DNA of 64,000 nucleotides, taken from contig JBIKWQ010000002.1 of assembly GCA_044356215.1 (NCBI GenBank), positions 25,824-89,823 on the forward strand, read 5' to 3'. This DNA comes from Bdellovibrionota bacterium (GTDB taxonomy: Bacteria; Bdellovibrionota_C; UBA2361; OMII01). Shown in pieces: positions 38,900 to 47,865 of this stretch. Under the pieces are notes generated by a model. It was not told where the DNA came from. It made no database searches and saw only the letters and a list, made by a program, of their open reading frames with translations. The first letter of the stretch is position 1. Each line of letters begins with the position of its first letter. The position numbers and the translations under genes were made by a program.

Positions 38900-39565
38900 A
38901 TGACCAGTTATAAAACATTCAGAGATCGACAGCAGGCAGGAGAGATGCTGGCTCGGGGCATGATCGCGATGCGGCTTAAGCCGCCCGTGCTTGTGCTGGG
39001 GCTTCCTAGGGGTGGAGTTCCGGTAGCCGCGGAGGTCGCTAATCTTTTAAGGGCTCCCCTTGATATCCTGACAGTGAGAAAGATAGGCGCTCCGGGTCAC
39101 GAGGAGCTCGCGTGCGGCGCGGTGGCGAGTGGGGGGATCGTCGTTTGGAATCGGGGCATCCTGAGATCTCTAGGAATAAGCGAGAGAGATCTTTCAGATA
39201 AAGTAGAGCTAGAGCGCGAAGAGTTAGAGAAGCGCGAGCGTTCGATTAGATCGCCAGAAACCCCACCGCACTCGATAAAGGGTCACACCGTTCTTATTAT
39301 CGATGATGGAGTCGCTACGGGAGCGACGATGCGGGCCGCGATTAAGGCTGTGCAGGCAGAGGGACCGAAAGAGATAGTCGTAGGATTACCAGTAGCGCCG
39401 CAGGACACCTGTCGTGATATCGCCAACGTCGAGGGGGTCAGGGTTGTATGTTTGCGAGAGATCCCCGGCGCGGATTTTGGAAGTGTCGGTCAGTGGTACG
39501 ATGACTTTTCGCAGGTAGAGACCGAAGAGTGCCGCGAAGCGCTGATTGCGGCGGCCAGGAGGTAG
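38900..39565 (+). CDS. Phosphoribosyltransferase-family protein
   Basis: FRDRQQAG, GLPRGGVPVA, RKIGAP, IIDDGVATGATM, VGQWYDDF. Confidence 0.9.
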   Translation: MTSYKTFRDRQQAGEMLARGMIAMRLKPPVLVLGLPRGGVPVAAEVANLLRAPLDILTVRKIGAPGHEELACGAVASGGIVVWNRGILRSLGISERDLSDKVELEREELEKRERSIRSPETPPHSIKGHTVLIIDDGVATGATMRAAIKAVQAEGPKEIVVGLPVAPQDTCRDIANVEGVRVVCLREIPGADFGSVGQWYDDFSQVETEECREALIAAARR

Positions 39566-39581
39566 GGTATCCCAATCCCCC

Positions 39582-42320
39582 CTACATCTGCGCCTCTTGC
39601 CAATCGCGCCCACTTCCGGCGTCGACCTTAAGCGGAACTTTAAGTTCAATCACGCCCTCCATCGCGGCTACGATATCATCTATCAGCCGCTGATTTTTCT
39701 CCGCGCCCAAATCAGGCGCTTCAACTAGCAACTCGTCGTGGATCTGCAGTACAAGCTTCGCATCTGGATAAGACTTCTTTAGTAACTCATCCACTCTAAT
39801 CATCGCTAACTTAATTATATCCGCCGCCGAGCCCTGAAGTGGGGCGTTTATCGCCGCACGCATGGCGAAGCCCTGATCGCGACCTGATGTATCGATCGAA
39901 CCGATTACACGTTTGCGACCATAGATTGTTTGTACTTCGCCTTGCGACATAACTTGATCTTCTAGCTTAGCGAAGTACTCCTTTACTTTCGGATATCGGC
40001 TGAAATAGCTGTTTATATAGTTGCTGGCCTGCGAGACCGGGATTCCTAATTCACGCCCTAAGCGAAAAGCCCCCATCCCATAGACTATTCCGAAGTTAAT
40101 CGTCTTACCGATCCGTCTAACGTCGCTGGTGACCTCCTCGTTAGCGGAAAGCCCCATAATCTCGCGCGCTGTTGCGGCGTGAATATCACGTCCCTCGGTA
40201 AATGAGCGAATCAAGTTCTCATCGCCACTTAAGTGAGCGAGGAGCCGCAATTCAATCTGCGAGTAATCAGCGGCGATGAAGAACGATCCTGCCTCAGGGA
40301 TAAACGCGGATCTAATCCGACGACCTTCCGCGCTCTGTACAGGGATGTTCTGTAAGTTAGGCTCTGAACTTGAGAGTCTTCCTGTTCCCGTTAAGGTCTG
40401 ATTTAAACGTGTATGCACCCGACCTGTTTTTGGGTTGATATCCTCAGCTAAGGCGTCGGTGTAGGTAGATTTTAATTTATGCAGCCCTCTGTATTTTAAA
40501 ATCAGAGCCGGCAGCGGGTGAGACTCAGCTAGCTTTTCTAATACTGAAGAATCAGTTGAGAAACCGGTCTTGGTCTTTTTAACACCCTTTGTTGAGATCC
40601 CTAACTTGTTAAAGAATAGATCCGCTAACTGCTTAGGTGAATTAATATTAAATTCGCCTCCGGCGTTCTCGAATATCTCGCCCTCTAGCTTTGCTAATTG
40701 CGCCGCGAACTCCGCTGACATCGCGCGTAGTTTTTCCGCGTCTACCTTAACTCCAGCACGTTCCATGCTCGCCAACACAGGGATTAGCGGCACCTCTAGC
40801 TGGCTAAAAACCTTTAGCAGCCCTTCAGCCTCGATCCTCTCGGCCAAGCGCTGCTTTAAGAGCCACGCATAGTGCGCGTCCTGACAGGCATATCTGGTCG
40901 CGTCCTCTATTGCAACCTCCGAGAAGTCTGCCTTGCCCTCTGTAATCTCTTCGTACTCAATAACTGGAAGCCTTAAATAATCGTGCGCTAGCGCGGTAAG
41001 ATTGAAATTTCTGCCATCAGGATTTAAGAGATAGGCGGCAACCATTGAGTCAAACGCCACACCCCGCACAGCGATCCCGTTAAGCTCAAGGATGCTGATG
41101 TCGTACTTAATATTCTGCCCACTTTTAAGAACCCGAGGATCAGCGAAGCGTTCGCCAGTAGCGGCAACAAAATCACACCAGCTTACCTGAGATTCGCTAT
41201 CTTTGTGTCCAAGCGGGATGTAAAAGCTATGTTTTTCATCCCAACAAAACGACGCTCCGACGATCTTGGCGGCGTGCGGGTCTAGAGAAGTGGTCTCTAG
41301 GTCAAAAGAAAAATCGCTCTGGCGTTTAAATTCAGCAGCCCAATTTTGGAACGTATCAGCGAGAACTGTTTCGTACTTGTAATCGCTCGATATAGTCGTG
41401 GCCTGACCGCTTGCTAGAACAGTTTTGAATTCCTTAAAGAGGGATTGAAACTCAAACTTATCGAAGAGCTCGGCTAGGTGAGTGGCGTCAACTTCGCGCT
41501 TTGATAGCAGTCCATCTAAGTCGTGATCGCCATCGGTGATCTTCTCCATCGGAACAGCGCGCTCAACTTCAACTAAGCGGCGCGCGAGTCTTAGGAGCTC
41601 GGTGTTGCTCTCGATACTCTCAGCGATCTTTTTGCGGTTGCGGATCTCTGAATCCTCTTTTAGCGCGCTAAGATTGGCGATAATGCTCTCTACATCACCG
41701 TATTTTTGCACAAGCTGGGTCGCTGTCTTTGGGCCAACTCCATCAACGCCTGGCACGTTATCTGATGAGTCGCCCATGAGCGCCAGGATCTCGGTAACTT
41801 TATCTGGGCCAACCCCAAATTTCTCAACGACCTGCGCTGGACCATAACGGGAATCCTTCATCGTATCCCAGATCTTTACATCCTCAGTCACGAGCTGCAT
41901 CAGATCCTTATCTCCAGAGACGATTACAACTGGTCTCTTAGCAGCGGAGAGCTTCTCTGTCAGAGTGGCGATTATATCATCGGCCTCGAATCCCGGACAT
42001 TCAAGCACCGGCAAGCCAAGAGCGCGTGAGAGCTCGCGGAAGTAGGGCATCTGCTCAGATAACTCTGGTGGGCACTCTGAGCGATTTGCTTTGTATTCTG
42101 GGTAAAGCTCGTTACGAAAAGTCTTTCGTCCAGCATCGAAGATAATGGCGACGCGGCTTGAGTTCGCCTCAGCCATCGTCTTTAGGATCATTCGCAAGAA
42201 TCCGTAGAGAGCGTTGGTTGGGAAGCCGTCTTTTGTGGAGAGTCGCTGTATGGCGTAAAAGGCCCTGAAGATATAACCAGAGCCGTCGATTAGATATGTT
42301 GTCTCGTGAGTTGTTTGCAT
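39582..42320 (-). CDS. polA: DNA polymerase I
   Basis: LIDGSGYIFRAFYA 5' nuclease, FDLETT 3'-5' exonuclease, ADYSQIELR, KTINFGIVYG, QIHDEL. Confidence 0.98.
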   Translation of the reverse strand: MQTTHETTYLIDGSGYIFRAFYAIQRLSTKDGFPTNALYGFLRMILKTMAEANSSRVAIIFDAGRKTFRNELYPEYKANRSECPPELSEQMPYFRELSRALGLPVLECPGFEADDIIATLTEKLSAAKRPVVIVSGDKDLMQLVTEDVKIWDTMKDSRYGPAQVVEKFGVGPDKVTEILALMGDSSDNVPGVDGVGPKTATQLVQKYGDVESIIANLSALKEDSEIRNRKKIAESIESNTELLRLARRLVEVERAVPMEKITDGDHDLDGLLSKREVDATHLAELFDKFEFQSLFKEFKTVLASGQATTISSDYKYETVLADTFQNWAAEFKRQSDFSFDLETTSLDPHAAKIVGASFCWDEKHSFYIPLGHKDSESQVSWCDFVAATGERFADPRVLKSGQNIKYDISILELNGIAVRGVAFDSMVAAYLLNPDGRNFNLTALAHDYLRLPVIEYEEITEGKADFSEVAIEDATRYACQDAHYAWLLKQRLAERIEAEGLLKVFSQLEVPLIPVLASMERAGVKVDAEKLRAMSAEFAAQLAKLEGEIFENAGGEFNINSPKQLADLFFNKLGISTKGVKKTKTGFSTDSSVLEKLAESHPLPALILKYRGLHKLKSTYTDALAEDINPKTGRVHTRLNQTLTGTGRLSSSEPNLQNIPVQSAEGRRIRSAFIPEAGSFFIAADYSQIELRLLAHLSGDENLIRSFTEGRDIHAATAREIMGLSANEEVTSDVRRIGKTINFGIVYGMGAFRLGRELGIPVSQASNYINSYFSRYPKVKEYFAKLEDQVMSQGEVQTIYGRKRVIGSIDTSGRDQGFAMRAAINAPLQGSAADIIKLAMIRVDELLKKSYPDAKLVLQIHDELLVEAPDLGAEKNQRLIDDIVAAMEGVIELKVPLKVDAGSGRDWQEAQM

Positions 42321-42355
42321 CCCGCGAGGTTACGAACCTACGCGGGATGCGTCAA
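42317..42355 (-). promoter_or_regulatory. Putative leaderless sigma70 promoter of polA, embedded in an inverted repeat
   Basis: Minus strand TTGACG-N17-TAACCT-N6-ATG with no SD. GCATCCCGCG / CGCGGGATGC inverted repeat at 42317-42350. Confidence 0.6.
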
Positions 42356-42382
42356 GAAAAAGTGGTCTTGTAGAGATGGTAG

Positions 42383-42688
42383 TTACGCGATGAACGGTAG
42401 GTTGATGTTGAGGCGCTCATTTAGAGCTTTGCGAAGACGGTTCTGGATATCTACTGGGAGCGGAGCCTCAGGCTCGCGGAGTTGAGCGGCGCTGGAAACT
42501 ACGTGTTTATAAGAAGCGAAGAAAGCGGCGCAATCTGGGCACTCATCTAAATGGTTCTCCATAGCGGCGCGCTTATGCTGCGGGAGTTCACGGTCTACGA
42601 AATCACCAAGGTGAGCTACGACGTTGTTGCAGTCGTGGAAGTTGAGGTAGCAGGCATCGGAGCTAACATTTAGATTCTTATCGTTCAT
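42383..42688 (-). CDS. zf-HC2 (ZAS) anti-sigma-like small protein
   Basis: C...DFVDREL...HLDECPDC (HxxxCxxC). No TM segment. Confidence 0.8.
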   Translation of the reverse strand: MNDKNLNVSSDACYLNFHDCNNVVAHLGDFVDRELPQHKRAAMENHLDECPDCAAFFASYKHVVSSAAQLREPEAPLPVDIQNRLRKALNERLNINLPFIA

Positions 42689-42957
42689 ATCGCAAATCCC
42701 CCAAATAGGTTTCAGTTGTTATAATTTTTACGGCACTCCAAGAGCTGTAACCAACTACCTGTACTTCAAACCAGCTTAATGTCCTACCAACTGATACCAC
42801 TACGGATACTGCGGAGAACTACCTAACCACTAAGTTAACCTAAGCCCTGGCATGTTATGCCAAACGTCTTTCAATCTTTGATTCCCCTAGAGGGGAAAAG
42901 GATGCAAATTTGGTACAATTTTTTCGAAAAAAAGTTACAATTGACCTAAGCTATTGA

Positions 42958-43647
42958 TTAGGCGACGAATTTATAGCCAACGCCGTGTACTGTTAAGATG
43001 TGGCGTGGCTCGTCTATGTTGGCTTCTATCTTTTGACGGAGGCGGGCGATATGGTTGTCGACCGTGCGAGTGGTTGGATATGAGTTGTAACCCCAAACCT
43101 CATCGAGTAGCTCATCGCGGGTGACCACGTTGCCCTGTTTGGATATTAGGTAACGTAATAGCCTGTATTCTCTCGCTGAGAGGTCTATTGGGTCGTCGTT
43201 TCGGTGTGCCTTGTAAGCCTTGAAATCAACTACCACATCGGCGAACTGCACCTGGTCGACGTTTGAGGTTCTCTGTACGCGCCTTAGCAGGGCCTTAACA
43301 CGGGCTATTAGTTCAAGCATCCCAAAGGGCTTGCCGAGGTAGTCGTCCGCTCCAAGGTCCAACCCGAGAACCTTATCAACCTCGCTGCTGCGAGCAGTTA
43401 GCAATATAAGAGGAGTGGATATTCCTGAGATCCTGAGTTCGCGGCACGCCTGTAACCCGTCCTTTTTGGGCATCATCACATCCATGATGATAAGGTCTGG
43501 TTTTTGTTGGTTAACTAAAGCAACCCCAGCCTCTCCATCAGAGGCTGTAATGACCTTAAAACCCTCTAATTCTAGGTTCATTACGAGGCTCTTGCGGATT
43601 AAATCCTCGTCTTCTATCACCGCTACGGTAAAACTGTCCCCGCGCAT
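42958..43647 (-). CDS. OmpR/PhoB-family response regulator (orphan)
   Basis: VIEDE, DLIIMDVMMP, LLTA, GADDYLGKPF, TRTVDNHIARLRQKIE, TVHGVGYKF. Confidence 0.95.
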   Translation of the reverse strand: MRGDSFTVAVIEDEDLIRKSLVMNLELEGFKVITASDGEAGVALVNQQKPDLIIMDVMMPKKDGLQACRELRISGISTPLILLTARSSEVDKVLGLDLGADDYLGKPFGMLELIARVKALLRRVQRTSNVDQVQFADVVVDFKAYKAHRNDDPIDLSAREYRLLRYLISKQGNVVTRDELLDEVWGYNSYPTTRTVDNHIARLRQKIEANIDEPRHILTVHGVGYKFVA

Positions 43648-43758
43648 CTCGTCCCTGAAAAGTACTGCTGAAAGTTTAACTCGACTGGGGGTGATTAGAA
43701 TCACCCCCTAGAAAATGAGTATAACCGCAAAGAAGTACTAATCATATAGGTCATCTCC

Positions 43759-43787
43759 TTGCTTTTCGTGAAACTTCCCGGTATCTT
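43759..43787 (+). promoter_or_regulatory. Putative sigma70 promoter of rplU-rpmA
   Basis: TTGCTT-N17-TATCTT. Confidence 0.5.
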
Positions 43788-43831
43788 TGGTCCTCTAGAT
43801 TTTCAATTCTAGTACTTTCAGGTAGTTATCT

Positions 43832-44239
43832 ATGCAGACAGAAGCAGGCGAAACAAAGCAGGTCGACACAAATAAGAAGGGCGCGAAAAACGAGGTTAAG
43901 AGCGCGGAGCCACAGGCTTTCGCGATCGTTCGTACGTGCGGTAAGCAGTACAGAGTTACTGTAGGAACTAAGATCTCAATAGACGAGCAAGAGGGTAATC
44001 CTGGTGACACGATCACCTTCTCTGACGTTTTGATGGCTGGAAAGACCGGTGGCAGCGATGTCAAGGTTCTCACAGCAGATCAAAAGACCCTTGGAGTTAC
44101 CGTAACTGGCCGTCTTGTGCGACACAAGAAGGACAAGAAGGTAATTATCTTCAAGAAGCGTCGTCGTGGTGGTTACACCAAGAAGCAGGGACACCGTCAA
44201 GGCAAGAGCGAGATCGTAATTGAGGCGGTAGCTCTGTAG
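43832..44239 (+). CDS. rplU: 50S ribosomal protein L21
   Basis: FAIVRTCGKQYRV, KVIIFKKRRRGGY.KKQGHRQ. N-terminal extension of about 27 aa. Confidence 0.95.
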   Translation: MQTEAGETKQVDTNKKGAKNEVKSAEPQAFAIVRTCGKQYRVTVGTKISIDEQEGNPGDTITFSDVLMAGKTGGSDVKVLTADQKTLGVTVTGRLVRHKKDKKVIIFKKRRRGGYTKKQGHRQGKSEIVIEAVAL

Positions 44240-44313
44240 TTTTGCTGGTTGGCTAGGTTGCGAACGCGAGCGAGCCATCAAGAGATTTTAAAGATTCAGT
44301 GTGAGGTGACACA

Positions 44314-44565
44314 ATGGCACATAAGAAAGCGGTAGGAAGTACCAGAAACGGACGAGATAGCCGTGGAAAGCGTCTCGGAGTTAAGAAGTTTGGTGGCGAA
44401 GTAGTTCGCGCTGGAAATATCCTCGTTCGTCAACGTGGTAGCACATACCATGCTGGAGATAACGTAGGAACCGGACGTGACTTTACGCTATTCGCGTTAG
44501 TTGATGGCGTAGTAGAGTTCAAGCAGGGACTCCGCCAATACATTACGGTTAAGCCGGCGGCATAA
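44314..44565 (+). CDS. rpmA: 50S ribosomal protein L27
   Basis: [31 protein letters not shown]. Confidence 0.98.
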   Translation: MAHKKAVGSTRNGRDSRGKRLGVKKFGGEVVRAGNILVRQRGSTYHAGDNVGTGRDFTLFALVDGVVEFKQGLRQYITVKPAA

Positions 44566-44597
44566 GCTGCTAACGATTCGCCTCGGCGGATGTAGAG

Positions 44598-44635
44598 AGG
44601 GAGCGCGGTGAGATTTACCGGCTCCCTTTTTTTTT
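44598..44635 (+). terminator. Intrinsic terminator between rpmA and obgE
   Basis: GGGAGC(G)CGGT-loop-ACCGGCTCCC followed by 9 T. Confidence 0.85.
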
Positions 44636-44670
44636 GATGACGTCAGCGTAAGGGGCAGAAGGAAATTGCT

Positions 44671-45693
44671 ATGAAGTTTATAGATGAGGCAGCCATAGAG
44701 GTGAAAGCGGGCAAGGGTGGCGCCGGCTCGCGTAGCTTTCGCCGCGAGAAATTCGTGCCATTAGGTGGCCCCGATGGGGGAAACGGTGGTCGCGGCGGAT
44801 CTATCATCCTTAAAGCTGATCAGAGTGTGCATACGCTGCTAGATTTTAAGTTTCAGGCCGTTTGGCAGGCTAAGGGCGGAGAGTCCGGATCGGGAGCAAG
44901 AAAGGATGGTAAGGCCGGTGATGATGTAGTTATTAAGCTACCTGTAGGCACGCAGGTCTTCTCTTACAACGCCGAGACTAAAGATGTGGGCGATCTAGTT
45001 GTCGATCTAGACGCCCCAGACCGCGAGTTTATCCTCGCTAAAGGTGGTCGCGGAGGAAAGGGGAACTCATTCTTCAAGACCTCGACTAATCAGGCCCCAG
45101 AGTACGCGCAGCCAGGGGAAGAAGGTGAGGGAGGATCTTATCTTCTTTCATTAAAGTTAGTGGCTGATGTAGGTCTGGTAGGTTTGCCTAACGCTGGAAA
45201 GTCTACGCTGATCTCTAGAATATCCGCCGCTCGACCGAAGATCGCTGACTATCCGTTTACAACACTCGTTCCTAATCTGGGGGTAGTTCAGGCTAAGGGT
45301 GGGAGGAGCTTTGTTGTAGCTGATATCCCGGGACTAATACCTGGAGCCAGCGAGGGGAAAGGGCTTGGAATTCAATTCTTAAAGCACGTAGAGAGAACCA
45401 AGATCATCGCGCACCTTCTTGACCTGACTCAGATCCGTGAAGATGGAAGCGAAGCCGATCTCCTTGAGGTGTTTACCTGTATCAACCAGGAGCTTAGGAA
45501 TTTCTCACCAGAGGTTGCTGAGAGAAGACAGATAGTTGTTTTAACCAAAGCTGACGCGGTTTCAGAGACAGATAAGATTGAGCACTACAAGGGAGTGTTT
45601 CAAGAACGCGGATACGAGGTCGCTGTGATCTCAAGTGTTGCTGGGCTCGGGATTGACGACCTGATTGAGAGGTTCGCTCGAGTTCTGAGCTAA
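44671..45693 (+). CDS. obgE: GTPase ObgE/CgtA
   Basis: FRREKFVPLGGPDGG, GLPNAGKST, YPFTTL, DIPGLI, TKAD. Confidence 0.97.
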   Translation: MKFIDEAAIEVKAGKGGAGSRSFRREKFVPLGGPDGGNGGRGGSIILKADQSVHTLLDFKFQAVWQAKGGESGSGARKDGKAGDDVVIKLPVGTQVFSYNAETKDVGDLVVDLDAPDREFILAKGGRGGKGNSFFKTSTNQAPEYAQPGEEGEGGSYLLSLKLVADVGLVGLPNAGKSTLISRISAARPKIADYPFTTLVPNLGVVQAKGGRSFVVADIPGLIPGASEGKGLGIQFLKHVERTKIIAHLLDLTQIREDGSEADLLEVFTCINQELRNFSPEVAERRQIVVLTKADAVSETDKIEHYKGVFQERGYEVAVISSVAGLGIDDLIERFARVLS

Positions 45694-47718
45694 TCTCTCG
45701 ATAAATAACCACTTTGGCTTAGTGGACCATGGCGCGTTGGGATCTAGTATTGATCCTAATAGCTTGCCGTAGGTCGGTTGTCCTTCGCAGATCTCCTTTA
45801 GTTCATTTCCCTCAGAGAGGCTAGTTGGACATGTGGCTACGAGCACATCTCCCTCCGGAATCTTCGCATAAACCTCTGAGGTCTTTGTTTGCGGAGAGTC
45901 GATTACCTCAAGTGAAGGAAGCATTTTACGCATCTCCGCTGAATTAAGCGCCACTGATGAGCATGTTCTTAAGTGTGGCGGAAAATCCTGGCTGTTTATA
46001 ACAAAGTGTAGGTTGCGAGTCCTTACCTGCTCAAAAACTGGATCGTTCACAAGCTTTCGAGCATTAAAGAAATCGTGGCACGCCACGCAGAGCTGAGTGT
46101 GTAGCGAGTTGTCGATCAGATAGCGAAACTCGATCGGAGCCTTGGCTATACAGAAACCCAAGAATAAAAGAGGCGATATAATTGAGAGCGCGCCACGACG
46201 TTGCTGGAAGGCGAAGATTGATAGCACTAATATCATTAGTAGCAGATCTGTCGATACCGCGCGCCTAAACGCCGATACATCTTGAGCCAACAGAAACGGC
46301 GAGAAAGCTCCAAAAAGCATCAGCGCTGATACGATAGTAAAGTTTCTCTTAAGCGCGTTAGAGCTGCAGATTCCGATGATAATCGCGAGGCAAGCGCAGA
46401 CAACTAAGTATGGAGCGATCGGAGAGAGGATCCCTAGCTGCCCAAAGAACCAATCGACTTTTTCGAGGATCTCCCCAGGTGTCCTGCGCCAATAAACAGA
46501 GGCGTTAACTCCTTCAGGTCGGCCAGTCCCCCACCAGATCGGCATGTCGACATCGTGTATCGAATTTACCTTTGTTGGATAGTCGTTAACGTTTTTAATG
46601 ATCTGCTCAGGCCGTGGAGAGATAAGGATCTGTGCCTTAAAGCGCGTCGTGTCTCCAGCAAAAACAAAGTAGAGCAGCGAAGCGAGCACCAAAACAGAAG
46701 GCACGATGCTTGTGGCGATGCGTGCAAGTGATGAGGCTCTAATAGGAAACGCCCCGCGCGAAAGTAAGATAACTCCAGCGATACATGAGCCGATTACCCA
46801 CGGGATGCGTGCCGCGGAATATGAGTACAAATTATAGAACACGCTTATCGCGTTAAATATCCCTAGGAACACGGCCTCTTTGCCCGACAGAGGAGCTGAT
46901 CTTCTAGTCAGCGCCCATATACACAGGAAAAAGATCGAGCCCGTTGAGAGTATCGGCATTCCAACAACGGACGACGCGATAGCTCCTGAAAGCAGCCAGC
47001 GATCGCTCCAGCAGGCGAGTAGAAGTGCCCAACCCCATACTGCGCCAAGTGTCCACTGAGCCGCCAATGCGGCGAATGCTAGGCCAAAAGATACCAGTAG
47101 CATTGAGATAAGCCCCGTGGCATTGAGGCTTGGATAATCAAAGAATGAGTTGATAAATGAGCGCAGGAGCACCATCACCATACTCATGTCTGAGTGAACA
47201 GAGCCGTAATAGAAAAACGCCATCGAAGGCGCGGGGTTGGTTGAATCCTGAACGTAAGATGGCGGGTATGAGGTGAAAGGGCTAATAAGGAAAAAGAAAT
47301 TGAGAGAAGCTAGTGTGTAAAGAAAGAACGAGCTAAATGGACTTGATTGCTTGGGTTCAATCTCGGTTTCTTTGATCGAAAAGGCTAGCAGCCCTAAAGC
47401 CGCCGCGACCGCGACAAAAATAATAGTCGATGGGAACATCGCTCCAAAGCTCTGAATCGGCCACAGGCGCCACAGAAACGCAGCGATAGATGCGGGTAGC
47501 AAAAGTAGAGGGAGCACTTTAAAGCGGGTTGTTTTGCTGATTAGAAGCGCTAGCGCCGCGCCCAGGGTTATGCCGAGGATCGCCGAAGATAGCTCACGTT
47601 CAGAGAGGAGGTTAGTGACCTTTGTAACCGGTAGTTCGCTCCAGCGGCTTAAAAAGAGTCGCAGGTTAGCGAATGTAAGAAGGAGTAGGGCGCCCCAGAT
47701 AATTAGCTTCTTTTTCAT
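45631..47718 (-). CDS. Polytopic membrane protein, possibly GT-C/ArnT-like glycosyltransferase
   Basis: Many TM segments plus a soluble Cys-containing C-terminal domain. Family assignment is a guess from architecture. Confidence 0.6.
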   Translation of the reverse strand: MKKKLIIWGALLLLTFANLRLFLSRWSELPVTKVTNLLSERELSSAILGITLGAALALLISKTTRFKVLPLLLLPASIAAFLWRLWPIQSFGAMFPSTIIFVAVAAALGLLAFSIKETEIEPKQSSPFSSFFLYTLASLNFFFLISPFTSYPPSYVQDSTNPAPSMAFFYYGSVHSDMSMVMVLLRSFINSFFDYPSLNATGLISMLLVSFGLAFAALAAQWTLGAVWGWALLLACWSDRWLLSGAIASSVVGMPILSTGSIFFLCIWALTRRSAPLSGKEAVFLGIFNAISVFYNLYSYSAARIPWVIGSCIAGVILLSRGAFPIRASSLARIATSIVPSVLVLASLLYFVFAGDTTRFKAQILISPRPEQIIKNVNDYPTKVNSIHDVDMPIWWGTGRPEGVNASVYWRRTPGEILEKVDWFFGQLGILSPIAPYLVVCACLAIIIGICSSNALKRNFTIVSALMLFGAFSPFLLAQDVSAFRRAVSTDLLLMILVLSIFAFQQRRGALSIISPLLFLGFCIAKAPIEFRYLIDNSLHTQLCVACHDFFNARKLVNDPVFEQVRTRNLHFVINSQDFPPHLRTCSSVALNSAEMRKMLPSLEVIDSPQTKTSEVYAKIPEGDVLVATCPTSLSEGNELKEICEGQPTYGKLLGSILDPNAPWSTKPKWLFIERLAQNSSEPLNQVVNPEPSNT

Positions 47719-47865
47719 TCATTTCTCCGTGTCGCTAGCGAACCGGATCAGTATCACTAACTATCTGTATCTTCACAAGATAGTTTGGGATGGCTTGGTT
47801 AACCCTGAGAAGCTTTTTCACAAAGAGACCAGTGATTACAGCGAGGGAGGGTATAAGCTGCGCCG

